Source of the DNA: a virus | Taxonomy: Duplodnaviria > Caudoviricetes | Virus record (IMG/VR): IMGVR_UViG_3300031162_001060 | Location: 1,934 to 65,933 of that record | Direction: 5' to 3' (one strand) | DNA: 64,000 bases | Translations under genes and position numbers: made by a program | Notes under the pieces: model-generated | The model's database searches: none | What the model saw: the letters and a program-made list of their open reading frames with translations, nothing else | Told to the model about the DNA's origin: nothing | Part shown: piece after piece, positions 28,739-39,312 of the stretch | Numbering within the stretch: position 1 is the stretch's first letter | Layout: each line of letters begins with the position of its first letter

Positions 28739-31700
28739 AACTCCTAACGATGTAGAGACTTCTGTTAAAGTTGGCCCAGAAATCGGCCCTAACGCTGATG
28801 CTTTAACTGCTCTTACACGAGGCAGAGGCCCTAGGCGGGGCAATCTTGAAGATCTATTAAAGTATTGGCGTCCGATCATGAAAAAGCCTGGCGGCTTTCG
28901 GCGGTGTGTCGTTATTTTGATGGACAAACCCCAGTTTGGTGGCCGTCCTCAGCGTATTTGTGCTTGGCTACATCATGAGTTGACTGGTAAGTGGCCGAAC
29001 GAAGGCAATCATCACGGGCGCGGCAAGGGCAAAGGCAAGCGGAAACGGCGTGGTAAGCTTACGCGTCGTGTAAGGTCTGCGGCACGTAAAGCAAAGTCTG
29101 CAAATTATACTCAGAACGATTACGCTGGGTCTGCTTTGCGGCAGGCTATTAGTGAGTCTCGCTCATCCGGCGGCATTTTAACGCAGCCTATTGCGGGGCG
29201 TCAAAACGTGGTAGAGATGAAAGCTGCTTTGTTTGTTCATTATTCAACGATGTCTACGAATGATGTAATGGAGGATGAGGTTAAGTCGTTGGAGGCCGAC
29301 ATGCAGATTAAGCGTGTTGGAGCGTTTGGCTCTAATAGTCGTTTTGGTCAGGCTGCTCAGGCTGCAGGGTCTACAGCTTTGCCTGGCAACATTAGCCCCT
29401 TTAGGTCGCCACGGTCAGCGGCTCGTTCTGCGATTTACCGGACACTGACTCCAGGCGGCGGTAGTGGGCGAGGCAGGCGTTTGACTAGTGCAGCGGGCCG
29501 GTTGGCTGGCCGTGCGGGGCGAGGTGCTAGGAACCGGTTCCGTTGTCCTCCAGGGTTTGTGAATGGTGGTACGTTTACGGATCGTCGGTTTAGTACCTGC
29601 GGGGCGTTGGTTTTACGTATTCCTGGGAGCGGTCCGGGTTCGTTATCGGCTGCGGTACAGCGTTCTTTAGCTCGCTTGGCGCGTCAAGCTGTACAGGCAC
29701 AGAATGTTGGTGATCGGCGTAATCGTGGAGCGGTTCCGTCTTCTCAAATTATTAGTAATGCAGCGATTCCGTCTACGCCTAAGTCGGTGTCTACTACTCG
29801 TTTAGCAGATAGCACTAATCTGGTGTTAAACGCTATTGGGGCTGACCCTAATTTAGATCGTGTTGTGAAGAGGGACGGTGTAATTTTGGAACCGTTAGAT
29901 TTGCGGTTCTTCGCTAACCAAACTGCTGATTTTGATGATGTGGTAGATAGTAATCTGGTTGTGGGGCTAGCTACAGCTGATTTGCGTGGCAATAAGGCAG
30001 TGGGGGCGGCACAGACTCTTAATGCTGGCGGGCGTGGTGTTTATTTAGCGATGCCTGATGTGGGAATTTTAAAGTTTTCTAGGGTTGGTGGCGAACTTTC
30101 TCCAGCTGATCGGTCTTCGTTGAGTCGTGGCTTGCCCACGAGTATTAGTCGTGCGGCTAATTTGCCTGATCCGTCTGCGGGTTGGCGTAGTTTTGTTGAT
30201 CGCTCAGGCGGCAAATTTGCTTTAGAGTTTGGTAATCTTGACACAGATGGCAAGTTTGAGGTTGATGGGCGAGATAATGAACTTGTTCAGGTTGTTGGTC
30301 CTGGCCAGAGTAAGCTGACTGTGCCGATGTGGGTGTATGAAACGTTTTTGTCTAGGACAGCTCCGCGTCGTGCTAAGAACGACCCGATTTTTGAACTTGT
30401 TCCGGAGGGCAAGTCTGCAAACCCTTTTTTCGGAACCGCCAAGGCGGCCCAGAGCGATACGCTTTATAGTCAGTATCAGACAGATATTGCAGTTAAAGTA
30501 GGCGATTACAAAGATTGGGCATATTTAGGGGGGCTTAATTTTAAACGCGTACGTCCGGGTGGCGTTCCTTTGCGTCGGGCGTTAGGTGGGTTTGCTTCGG
30601 CGTTAGCGTTTTTTGATCCGACTATTAGTAGGTATCGGTGTCCTCCAGGCTATACGGGCGGTGGGCAGTTAACGAATGTTCGGGGCACGACTTGTGGCCG
30701 CAGTTTGCGATCTTCCACGATGCAAATTTTGGGTAATTTGCAGGATGCTCGTGGAAAACTTTACCGTGACCGGGATAGCGACGTGTTCCTTGGGACTCGT
30801 CTGGGCGGTGTAGTTGTGGACGATATTGAAGAAGGAAGTTTTAGAGATAGTGTTGTACAAGCACAGACATCTTTCGATGAGATTATCGAAACTTTTGATG
30901 TTCTTTCAGACCGCCTTCCTCCGGTTGACACGCTAGATACGCTTTCCACTGTAAATATGCCCCCTTTGACTGATGATTTACGTTCAGCTTTAGATGATCT
31001 CGGCAAGAAGCTAAGTGATACTTTGCAAGCAGTGCAGTTCAGTGGGAATGATGCGCTCGATCAGCCTTCTTGGGAGGGGCTGGCTTCCCGATTGCAGGAT
31101 GTTGCTACGGTTGAGGCACAGCGTCAAGCATATCTAGAGTTTTACGGTTTAGGGTCGCTCGGTTATCGTGGTGATCGAGTTGATATAGAGATTGAAGAGT
31201 TTGCTAGTCGTCTTGTAGGTATCGCCAATAATCAACGTGTATCGACTAGGCTTGATGAAGTCACAGAAGAGGGTGTGACGGCTGTGCCTCTGCGTCAGCA
31301 AGTAAAACAACGAATTGAAGCTTTGCTAACTATTCACGAAAGAGGCGATTTATGGGATGTAGGTAGTTTGGCTGATTATAATGAGCTTCTTGATCAGTTG
31401 CCGATGCCTGATACCGACGAGGAAGAGCGGTCGCTAGGGTTTATGACGGCCATGTTCCGTGATGCTACCGTTGAGCAGATATTAAAGTATGACGATAAAG
31501 TGAGTGATGCTCCGGATAGTCTCTCTATGGAAGAGTACACATATTTAGTTTCTGCTATAAATAGCATTATTGATCGTGAAGTCAATCCAGACAGGTTCGA
31601 CGAGTTAGAAGCAAGTCGTCGTAAAATTGTTGATATAGCCAACGATAGGCGTGATCGAGAGTTGGGTCAATTAGATAGACCGAGTGATGAGAGGACTGAG

Positions 31701-33590
31701 GATGCTTTGGTGTATCTTGTTTTGACGACTACTGACCAAAATATGCATCGTCTCCATGTAGGAGATTATGCGGCGCGTTTAGTTGATCGTGTTTATAGCC
31801 AATTCAGGGCTGAGGGCGGTGACGCTTACGACCTTTTCGCTAAGAACGTTACGATGGAGGACGGGCTTCAGATGCTCATGGAACAAATAGTTACCGATGT
31901 GTATTTGAGGAATGATGTCAATCCTGATGAGTTGGCTGGTAGTGCATTTGGTTGGGCCACTGCTATTAAATTAGATATTTCTGACGAAGATAAAGTTGTG
32001 GTTGAGAGGGTTTTTAAAGAAACTGTCTTACATGCTCAGCGTAGCTTCGAGGTTCATCGTACTAGTGTTGAGACGGCCAGAACAGCAGTGGATTTAGATG
32101 ATTTGTACATGAAACTGTTAGAGGCAGATAGGGATGTTGGTCAACTTGTCGCAGGGATGACCCTGAGGGATTTTGAGCGTTATGGGGGAGCATTACAGAA
32201 GTACATTGATACTTTGTATGGGATAGACGGGCAGCAAGCGAATTTGGCGGCGTTGGTTGCTTTTAAAGCTGAGATGCGAGAGAGTCGTGCTAGGAGAGTG
32301 AGAGATATTGCGGGCAATCTTACGCTTATGACGAATGATAGGCGGTTATTGCCTGGGCCAGACGGTGCTCCCGTTTGGCAGGCTGCTAACAGAGCAAGAC
32401 AGAAAAATACTCAAGAGTTGCTTGTACAGGCCGGACTTCAGGGCTTAACGCAGGACGACTATGATGTTGCGCTTCCGGGCGAAACGGCGTTTGACACTAT
32501 GTCTCGCCTTGAGGGTGAAGGCAAACTAGAAGAGTGGGCAATGAAAGCTTTACTTGCGGCTCATCCGGATGAAGCGAAGCGGGATCGTAGCAAGCGGGTA
32601 ATTATAGCTAGATTTGAGGCCAAAACAGACGACGAAAAACAGCTAAGAGTTGAGATTGATAACGTTTTCGATACCCTTACCGGTGCCCGTATTTACAACA
32701 GCGAGATTGTCTTAAGTTCAGATTTTTATGTGACAGTATATGATGAGGACGGGAACGAGTTAACTCGTGACAAAGTCAGCCGCTCGACGCCTAATGTGAC
32801 ACGTGTTTTAGAGTTCTATAGTGATAGCTCTTATGTTGTAAGACATAATTACGTTATTGTAAATGACCGGGGATCCGATCCAGAAGCGCTGTATAAAGTG
32901 CGCTTACCTGATGGCAGTACGCTTAGACTAGACAATAGAAGGCAAGGGATTTCTAATATCGTTAATCCTAGATTTATTGCAATGACATATGCTGCGGGGT
33001 TTAAAGAGAATCAGAAGCTTGATCTGGGGTGGGACGGTAAATATGTTTGGCCAAAGCAGGGCGTTCGCTCTGACTCGACTGTAAAAATTCAAGCTCTTAC
33101 TCAAGCGTTTGGAAATATAGTTAATAATTATGATGATGCTAAAGCTGCTATAGCTAATGGTCAGCGGTTGTCTGATGTCCAGATAGCTGCGTTGCTACTA
33201 TTCAATGGTGACGACAGTAAACGCGACCGTGTAGTTTCGTTACTGAATTATAATAATATAACGTTGACTGACAGTAAAATAGAAGACTGGGCGCAGTTTC
33301 CTGAATTCATACGTGCTTTAAAGGCTGAGAAAGGGAGCAATCATGAAGTCCATGTTTCGGACTTTTTTAAAAATGGCTACATGTCGGGTTCGTCTGGTAG
33401 CGCCGCCGACCTAATCGATCAAATTAATAATTTCATTCCGGCAAGTTCTAGTAGTAGAGTAAGTTCTCCTTTCGAAATTTCTTCGCTGAATGCTTATTTT
33501 GATCAAAGCGTCATTAATACTTATACAGTTGGAATGGATTCAGGCGTTATTGACCTTTCTTTAGTAGACCTAAACGAGATGGGATGTTGA
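28728..33590 (+). CDS. Giant multi-domain head-region protein (~1620 aa), C-terminal GNAT-like region
   Basis: N-terminal FRRC...CAWLHH..TGKWP module, two RCPPG..GG..T....TCG repeats, C-terminal RRQGIS...AAGF...DGKYVWPKQG. Confidence 0.75.
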   Translation: MLSETPNDVETSVKVGPEIGPNADALTALTRGRGPRRGNLEDLLKYWRPIMKKPGGFRRCVVILMDKPQFGGRPQRICAWLHHELTGKWPNEGNHHGRGKGKGKRKRRGKLTRRVRSAARKAKSANYTQNDYAGSALRQAISESRSSGGILTQPIAGRQNVVEMKAALFVHYSTMSTNDVMEDEVKSLEADMQIKRVGAFGSNSRFGQAAQAAGSTALPGNISPFRSPRSAARSAIYRTLTPGGGSGRGRRLTSAAGRLAGRAGRGARNRFRCPPGFVNGGTFTDRRFSTCGALVLRIPGSGPGSLSAAVQRSLARLARQAVQAQNVGDRRNRGAVPSSQIISNAAIPSTPKSVSTTRLADSTNLVLNAIGADPNLDRVVKRDGVILEPLDLRFFANQTADFDDVVDSNLVVGLATADLRGNKAVGAAQTLNAGGRGVYLAMPDVGILKFSRVGGELSPADRSSLSRGLPTSISRAANLPDPSAGWRSFVDRSGGKFALEFGNLDTDGKFEVDGRDNELVQVVGPGQSKLTVPMWVYETFLSRTAPRRAKNDPIFELVPEGKSANPFFGTAKAAQSDTLYSQYQTDIAVKVGDYKDWAYLGGLNFKRVRPGGVPLRRALGGFASALAFFDPTISRYRCPPGYTGGGQLTNVRGTTCGRSLRSSTMQILGNLQDARGKLYRDRDSDVFLGTRLGGVVVDDIEEGSFRDSVVQAQTSFDEIIETFDVLSDRLPPVDTLDTLSTVNMPPLTDDLRSALDDLGKKLSDTLQAVQFSGNDALDQPSWEGLASRLQDVATVEAQRQAYLEFYGLGSLGYRGDRVDIEIEEFASRLVGIANNQRVSTRLDEVTEEGVTAVPLRQQVKQRIEALLTIHERGDLWDVGSLADYNELLDQLPMPDTDEEERSLGFMTAMFRDATVEQILKYDDKVSDAPDSLSMEEYTYLVSAINSIIDREVNPDRFDELEASRRKIVDIANDRRDRELGQLDRPSDERTEDALVYLVLTTTDQNMHRLHVGDYAARLVDRVYSQFRAEGGDAYDLFAKNVTMEDGLQMLMEQIVTDVYLRNDVNPDELAGSAFGWATAIKLDISDEDKVVVERVFKETVLHAQRSFEVHRTSVETARTAVDLDDLYMKLLEADRDVGQLVAGMTLRDFERYGGALQKYIDTLYGIDGQQANLAALVAFKAEMRESRARRVRDIAGNLTLMTNDRRLLPGPDGAPVWQAANRARQKNTQELLVQAGLQGLTQDDYDVALPGETAFDTMSRLEGEGKLEEWAMKALLAAHPDEAKRDRSKRVIIARFEAKTDDEKQLRVEIDNVFDTLTGARIYNSEIVLSSDFYVTVYDEDGNELTRDKVSRSTPNVTRVLEFYSDSSYVVRHNYVIVNDRGSDPEALYKVRLPDGSTLRLDNRRQGISNIVNPRFIAMTYAAGFKENQKLDLGWDGKYVWPKQGVRSDSTVKIQALTQAFGNIVNNYDDAKAAIANGQRLSDVQIAALLLFNGDDSKRDRVVSLLNYNNITLTDSKIEDWAQFPEFIRALKAEKGSNHEVHVSDFFKNGYMSGSSGSAADLIDQINNFIPASSSSRVSSPFEISSLNAYFDQSVINTYTVGMDSGVIDLSLVDLNEMGC

Positions 33591-33591
33591 C

Positions 33592-36315
33592 ATGACTGAT
33601 TTTTCTGTTCAGCAGGCGCTAACCAATAAAATAATTCGAGGTTTATCTGAGAAGCTGTTCTGTGAAGTTCATCCTACTCGTCCACGTAAACCTAATGGTG
33701 TGGCGCAGCGTTATAATCCAGATTATCGTTCTGATCTTGATCCGAAACGTGTGGTTACTGGTGCGCCCACGGTCGTTAGTAGAGAGAATGGCAATACGTC
33801 GATTGGTGATGTTGAGTCGGCGGTTTCTCATGTTGTTGATGGCGGTTCGTTGTCTGCGGTTCCTGACAAGGTTTTAGGTGAAACGATTGTTCGGGATATT
33901 GCTAATGGTAGTGGCCGGTTTGAGGTTATTGCGGATCGTACAACTCCGGATGGTGTGTTGAAGTTTCGGGATACGTCTACTGGCGTGGTGTATGGTTTGA
34001 AGCATCATGATGGTGAGGATGCTTTGGAGGATGCTGGGCGTGTAGAGATTTTAGCTTCTCGTGTTGCTGAGGAGTTTGGGTTTGCTCAGGGCCGTATGCG
34101 TGTGGCTAGCGACTTGGGCGAGAATGGTTCGTTTGCGGTTTTGATGGAGATGCCTGATTCGGTTGTGGCTGGGGATACTCGTGACTTAGTTCCGGTGCAA
34201 AGTTTATCCCAGGCGGATACGGATGACGTGGTTCGTTTGGTTTTGATGGATTTTGTTTTGTCTAACCCGTCTCGTAGTCCTTTGGATATTATGGGTTCGT
34301 CTGATGATGGCGTGAGTTTGCATCCGGTTTCGCATTCTGGGCATTTTATAGGCGTTCAGCGGAGGGATCGTCAGGGTTTGCAGCGGTTTGTTGAGGATGC
34401 TGTGGAAGCTAACCATCCGGCTTTGGTGGAGTTGCAGCGTAGGTTGGGTAGTGATGATCGGGAGAAGGTTGTAGAGTCGTTGAGGCGTTTGTCTGCGCAA
34501 CTTAATGATGAGGGAAATATTGTCGGTCTTAAACGGTTTATGGCTGATACTGGTAGGTTACCGACTTCCAATAGGGACGGTATGCGCAGTAAGCATGATT
34601 CGGTTTCGGATCGGATGGCGACGTTGCGTTTGGTTGCCCCTGAAGAGGTATTAGATTTGTTAGATGGTGCTGAAGCTCCGCAGCGTTCGGGCGCTAGTGT
34701 AGTTGGCGTTAAAGCCCCTAAAAGTGCTGCTGCTAGAAGTCAAGATTTTTCTGCTTTAAAGACTAAAGAGAAAAAAACGGCTCTTGCTGATATTGTAAAG
34801 TCAATGCCTCATCTTGAGCAGGTACTTGGCTTAAACCTGACATATAAGAGTAGTGGTGGTAAAGGTAGTAAACGCAAGGCAGGTGAATTGCGTAATTTAC
34901 GTGAAGATCAAGTTGAAGAGGCTTTAGAATCTATTATTTCTCACTTTGAGGGAAATATTGATTTATTGTTATCTCAAACTGCGCCGGGTTATGATAGTCC
35001 AATGTTAGTTGATGGACAACTCACTGATGCTGCAAAAGAAACTCAGGCGTGGTACAATGTGGCAAACAAGTTGGCGGGGAACATAGCGGATGAGTTGGGT
35101 GTTCGCCCAGAAACTGCTGCTGCACTACTAGCCATATTTTCAGCGGGAACTGACTGGAGAGACAATGTTGCGTTAGCTGTCCACGCTGCTAGAGTGTGGA
35201 AGCAAAATGACGTTATTGATGAGTTTGCTGCGAAAAAAGTTCAAGACTCTTATTTAATAGCGAAGAGGAATGGTCTCAAGTATAAAAAGGGTCAAGCCCT
35301 AGTTGAAGCTGAAGCACACGTTGCTGATATTGAAAGTTTATCTCCTGCTGAGTTTATAGAAGGCTTGGGTGGGGAAGTAGGTCAGCCACTACAGGATCAG
35401 GGCGGTGGGTTTGTTTCGGTGTATTTGCGAAGTAAGGTAAAAGATTTTGGTGGAGAAGGCGGCTTAAAGAAAGTAGGGATTACTCCTTCAGAATCAGGTG
35501 ATGGCTCCTACTCGTTGACTATGCTAGATGGCGACGCTTCGACTGGTATGCATAGTACCTATAAATTCAGAAGTGCTGAGGAAAAGTTTTTCGAAAAATT
35601 TGGAAAAGCTTACAATCCTAATAAAGCATCTGCGGCAGAAAAAGAATTTTTTGAAGAGGCTAGTCAGGGCACATCTACTTACGAAAAAGCTTTTCGTTTA
35701 TTAGATGCGGATAAAGCCAGTAAAGACATGACTACCCAAGAATATGTGACAACGCATATTTCAGGCGAGTTAGGGACTGATGCTAAAGTTAGGTCATTTT
35801 ATAATAATATTGTAGATCCTGCAGACACTCGCTTTCAGAGCTTAACTGCTGATACCCATCATTTCAATGCTGTGTCGCTTATACCTGCGGGCGGATCATT
35901 TAGAATAACTAAAGAAAATAACCCTGCGCCGTGGAAAGATCGTATAATTCCCAAAAAAGGTATTGAAAGCATCTCCTCTATGTTCGCTACTAAAGCGACC
36001 ACGGGTGGTTTCAGTGGCGGGTATTGGCTGGCTAGAGAAGCCGCCTTGCGCAAAGCCGCTGAATATGGTATTTTACCAAGAGAAATGCAGTCAATTTTGT
36101 GGGAGCAGCAACGGAGACTGTGGATAAACTCAGATTTGAAAGATGGTGTCGCTGAAGATATTTATAAGACTCTTCGAAAAATGGGTGTTATAGATGAAGA
36201 ACAGTTTAGAGCTTTGTATTTACAGAAGTACGCTGAGGCTGTAGGCGCTACGTTACCGACTGAACAATATACTGAGATTGAAGATAGAGCAGGACTACTG
36301 ACTGGACTAATGTGA
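33592..36315 (+). CDS. Large multi-domain protein: degenerate PI3K/HipA-like kinase fold plus DUF7178-like helical domain
   Basis: YGLK...EILASRVAEEFG...MDFVLSNPSR...LHPVSH; WY..A...IA..LG...AAALLAIFS...W.DN, KVRSFYNNI.DP, TADTH, GILPREMQSILW. Confidence 0.65.
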   Translation: MTDFSVQQALTNKIIRGLSEKLFCEVHPTRPRKPNGVAQRYNPDYRSDLDPKRVVTGAPTVVSRENGNTSIGDVESAVSHVVDGGSLSAVPDKVLGETIVRDIANGSGRFEVIADRTTPDGVLKFRDTSTGVVYGLKHHDGEDALEDAGRVEILASRVAEEFGFAQGRMRVASDLGENGSFAVLMEMPDSVVAGDTRDLVPVQSLSQADTDDVVRLVLMDFVLSNPSRSPLDIMGSSDDGVSLHPVSHSGHFIGVQRRDRQGLQRFVEDAVEANHPALVELQRRLGSDDREKVVESLRRLSAQLNDEGNIVGLKRFMADTGRLPTSNRDGMRSKHDSVSDRMATLRLVAPEEVLDLLDGAEAPQRSGASVVGVKAPKSAAARSQDFSALKTKEKKTALADIVKSMPHLEQVLGLNLTYKSSGGKGSKRKAGELRNLREDQVEEALESIISHFEGNIDLLLSQTAPGYDSPMLVDGQLTDAAKETQAWYNVANKLAGNIADELGVRPETAAALLAIFSAGTDWRDNVALAVHAARVWKQNDVIDEFAAKKVQDSYLIAKRNGLKYKKGQALVEAEAHVADIESLSPAEFIEGLGGEVGQPLQDQGGGFVSVYLRSKVKDFGGEGGLKKVGITPSESGDGSYSLTMLDGDASTGMHSTYKFRSAEEKFFEKFGKAYNPNKASAAEKEFFEEASQGTSTYEKAFRLLDADKASKDMTTQEYVTTHISGELGTDAKVRSFYNNIVDPADTRFQSLTADTHHFNAVSLIPAGGSFRITKENNPAPWKDRIIPKKGIESISSMFATKATTGGFSGGYWLAREAALRKAAEYGILPREMQSILWEQQRRLWINSDLKDGVAEDIYKTLRKMGVIDEEQFRALYLQKYAEAVGATLPTEQYTEIEDRAGLLTGLM

Positions 36316-36545
36316 GCATGAGTACTTTTAATGAAAATTCTTTTGTAGAGGTAGATTATTCTGATTTTTCTTCAAGGGCTGATGTTGAATTAGGGATGGA
36401 GCAGCTTAGGGCAGAAGAGTTGGGGGAAGACGAACTAGAAGTTGACTATCCTAACTTAATTCAACATTTGAGAAACGAAGGTTTCGAAAGTCTAGCTCAA
36501 AAGTATGAACAACTCATGGAAGAAATGGATCAGTCAGATGGCTAA
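36312..36545 (+). CDS. Small acidic hypothetical protein
   Basis: Coupled to the upstream stop. Confidence 0.6.
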   Translation: MSMSTFNENSFVEVDYSDFSSRADVELGMEQLRAEELGEDELEVDYPNLIQHLRNEGFESLAQKYEQLMEEMDQSDG

Positions 36546-36744
36546 GCGATACAACTTCTCATATGATGGTAAACCTTATGGCTATGTTGTTTTTGAAAAT
36601 GGCGAACTAATCGATATGCAGTTCTATGATCCTCAGCTTCATTTAGACATGTCTCAATGGATAGAAGGTAAAAAGTTTACGAGCATCAGAGACCTAGTTG
36701 GTCGTGGCGCATCTATGTGGAACATTGAAGAGGTTAACGTATGA
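36538..36744 (+). CDS. Small hypothetical protein
   Basis: Overlapping coupled ORF. Confidence 0.6.
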   Translation: MAKRYNFSYDGKPYGYVVFENGELIDMQFYDPQLHLDMSQWIEGKKFTSIRDLVGRGASMWNIEEVNV

Positions 36745-37319
36745 ACGAGACATATTACAAGACAACAGACGACGCTTTTGTTATTATCCGGGTGCAAGAC
36801 CCTCGGGCAGCTGAAGCGCACTCGATTATTCATGAGCAGATGAACGTTGATCGGGTATTTGATAAGATTGAGAAACTTCGTGACATCGACGCTTTGATGT
36901 TCACGGAAGAACGTTTAAAGTTTTTCTTTCCAGAGCTATCCGAGATCGATAGGTCAGAATATTCCGAGGCGTACACTGCTATTGATGAGTTTAACGCTGA
37001 GGCCCTGTTGACTAAGCAGCATATTGAGACAATGTCTGACGATGACTTGGCGGATTACATATTTTTCTTTTCGATGAATACTGATGGTTTGCTAATACCT
37101 GCTGATGTGGATGCGTTTATGCAGGCAATATTTTTTGGTTGGGGCATTAACGTAAATATGCCTGGCGCAGAAGCCGATATTGACGATGCAACCATGCGAG
37201 AGATACTAGAATATAGTTATGCGATACTTAGGGTGGTAGAGCAAGATCAAGACCCCACGTTTGTTCATAATTTTATTAAACTTAGCGGTGGGGCTGTTCC
37301 TAGTGAAGAGCGAAGGTAG
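36741..37319 (+). CDS. Acidic hypothetical protein
   Basis: GAGG RBS, ATGA overlap. Confidence 0.65.
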   Translation: MNETYYKTTDDAFVIIRVQDPRAAEAHSIIHEQMNVDRVFDKIEKLRDIDALMFTEERLKFFFPELSEIDRSEYSEAYTAIDEFNAEALLTKQHIETMSDDDLADYIFFFSMNTDGLLIPADVDAFMQAIFFGWGINVNMPGAEADIDDATMREILEYSYAILRVVEQDQDPTFVHNFIKLSGGAVPSEERR

Positions 37320-37323
37320 TGCA

Positions 37324-38859
37324 GTGGCTAAAGATCCGTTAGAAGATCAAACAGTTCCTACAAAGAAGATGGCTGAAAGGCTGTCCAAAATTTTAGGCTG
37401 CTCTGGAGCGCACAAAGTAGGAGACGACGCTTGGGGGCCTTGCGATTCTCCTAAAGACCTGAAAAAGCTTATTGAGTTAGGCAACCCAGCATTTCGTGAA
37501 TGGAAGAAACGGCAGCAAGCAAAAAAGAACCTTGAAGAGTTTTTAGAACTTAAAGCTAAAGGTAAAGGAAAACGGTATTTTGATACCCGTGACGCTGCCG
37601 AAAACGCTGCTAAAAATATGGGCTGTGTTGGGGCGCATCAAACCCGTCAAGGCGTTTGGTCGCCGTGCATGACACCCGAAGATTTTAACGCTGCACACGC
37701 ACATTTGAGTGTGGGCGGATCTCCTGTGTTGAGGCTGAAGCGGCCTATTCGTAGAGTTGTCACGAATAATCGGGTGTGGGAGAATTTGCGTGAGCGTGGC
37801 CCTCGTGGAATTGAAACGTTGCCTGGCGGGGGTTTAGTTTCTGCTAAGTCTGTGACGGCTTCAGATTCGTTTAAGCCTACTCAGGGGATGGTGTCGGAAG
37901 CTGAGCGGGCGTTGAAGTGGCGTAAGGAGTTTAAGCGTGGCGGTACTGCTGTGGGCATTGCGCGTGCGCGCGATATTGCCAATGGCCGTAATTTGCCGTA
38001 TAAGACTGTGAAGCGTATGAAAGCGTTTTTTGATCGGCATCAGAGCGATTCTAAGGCGCAGGGGTATCGTCCGGGTGAGAAGGGTTTTCCGTCGAATGGT
38101 CGTATTGCTTGGGCGTTGTGGGGCGGCGACCCTGGATACACTTGGGCTAAGGATATTGTTGCTCGGGTTGAGGGGTCTGATAAGTCGTTTGGGTCAATTG
38201 AGGAGAAGCGTTTTTACACTCGGAAGCGGCGTGAGGAGTATGCTAAGCGTGGTTGGGCTTTGCCTGATGGGTCGTTCCCGATTCGTGATGTAGGCGATTT
38301 GAATAATGCTATTAAGGCGTATGGGCTGGGAAAGAGCCAGGAACGTACACGGAAGCATATTATTAAGCGTGCCCGTGCGTTGGGTAGGTTGGATTTGGTT
38401 CCAGATAAGTGGAAGGTGCGTAAGAAAGATTTTTTTGAGATGCCTGAGGAGAAAAAGTTGGGGCCTAACGATCCTAAGACCCCAGCGTTACCTTCAGAGC
38501 GGATTAGTGGGTCTTCTCGTAACAAGCCGGGGTCTGCGTCTAGTGGGCGAAACAAGATTTCTTTGAGTCCGGCGGTTGAGGCGTCTCTTCGCAATAAGGT
38601 GAAAGAGCATAATAAGAAGATGCGTGAACAAGATAAAGACGATTTGACTGTCACTTTGGGTATGTTGAAGGCGGTTTGGCGGCGTGGGGCGGGGGCTTTT
38701 TCGCAGACTCATCGCCCTAAGATGGGTCGTCAGCAGTGGGCTATGGGTCGTGTGAACGCGTTTTTGCATCTGGTTTCTACCGGTAAGCCTAAAAACGATA
38801 AGTACACGACCGATAACGATCTTTTACCCAAGAAGCATCGTCGTTCTTTAAAAAAGTGA
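37324..38859 (+). CDS. Basic multi-module head protein (2x GCxGxH..PC, WGG module, DGSFPI module, RRG..WAMGRVN module)
   Basis: Motifs read directly from the translation; such modules are commonly fused to phage portal/protease proteins. Confidence 0.75.
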   Translation: MAKDPLEDQTVPTKKMAERLSKILGCSGAHKVGDDAWGPCDSPKDLKKLIELGNPAFREWKKRQQAKKNLEEFLELKAKGKGKRYFDTRDAAENAAKNMGCVGAHQTRQGVWSPCMTPEDFNAAHAHLSVGGSPVLRLKRPIRRVVTNNRVWENLRERGPRGIETLPGGGLVSAKSVTASDSFKPTQGMVSEAERALKWRKEFKRGGTAVGIARARDIANGRNLPYKTVKRMKAFFDRHQSDSKAQGYRPGEKGFPSNGRIAWALWGGDPGYTWAKDIVARVEGSDKSFGSIEEKRFYTRKRREEYAKRGWALPDGSFPIRDVGDLNNAIKAYGLGKSQERTRKHIIKRARALGRLDLVPDKWKVRKKDFFEMPEEKKLGPNDPKTPALPSERISGSSRNKPGSASSGRNKISLSPAVEASLRNKVKEHNKKMREQDKDDLTVTLGMLKAVWRRGAGAFSQTHRPKMGRQQWAMGRVNAFLHLVSTGKPKNDKYTTDNDLLPKKHRRSLKK

Positions 38860-38958
38860 ACGCAACCCGCTCTAGCTTAACAGATTTCTAAGGTATACTA
38901 TGAATAGTTTAGTGCTGTTTGCCGGTTAAGTAGTGTCAGCGTTCTACGAGGGAGGTAG

Positions 38959-39312
38959 ATGATCGTGCTCGCAGGTAAGTATAATATCACCGTCGATCAG
39001 GGCGCAACATATTCGCAAGTGTTTACTTGGAAAGATTCTAATAGTGCTCCTATTGATTTGACTGGGTACACTGCCCGAATGCAGGTCCGTAAACGCAGGC
39101 GAGACGACCCGACCCTTCTTGATTTGACGACCGAGAATGGCGGTATTACTTTGGGTAGTACTGCGGGGACGATTACGGTGTCAATTAGTGCCGATGCTAC
39201 TGCTGCGGTTGCTGCGGGGGATCATGTTTACGATTTAGAGTTGGAGTTTGAATCGACTGTGTCTCGGCTGGTTATGGGTGCGTTTACTGTGCGAGGTGAA
39301 ATCACCCGATGA
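38959..39312 (+). CDS. Small virion structural/adaptor protein
   Basis: YNITVDQGATY...PIDLTGYTARMQVR...YDLEL...RLVMG. Confidence 0.75.
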   Translation: MIVLAGKYNITVDQGATYSQVFTWKDSNSAPIDLTGYTARMQVRKRRRDDPTLLDLTTENGGITLGSTAGTITVSISADATAAVAAGDHVYDLELEFESTVSRLVMGAFTVRGEITR

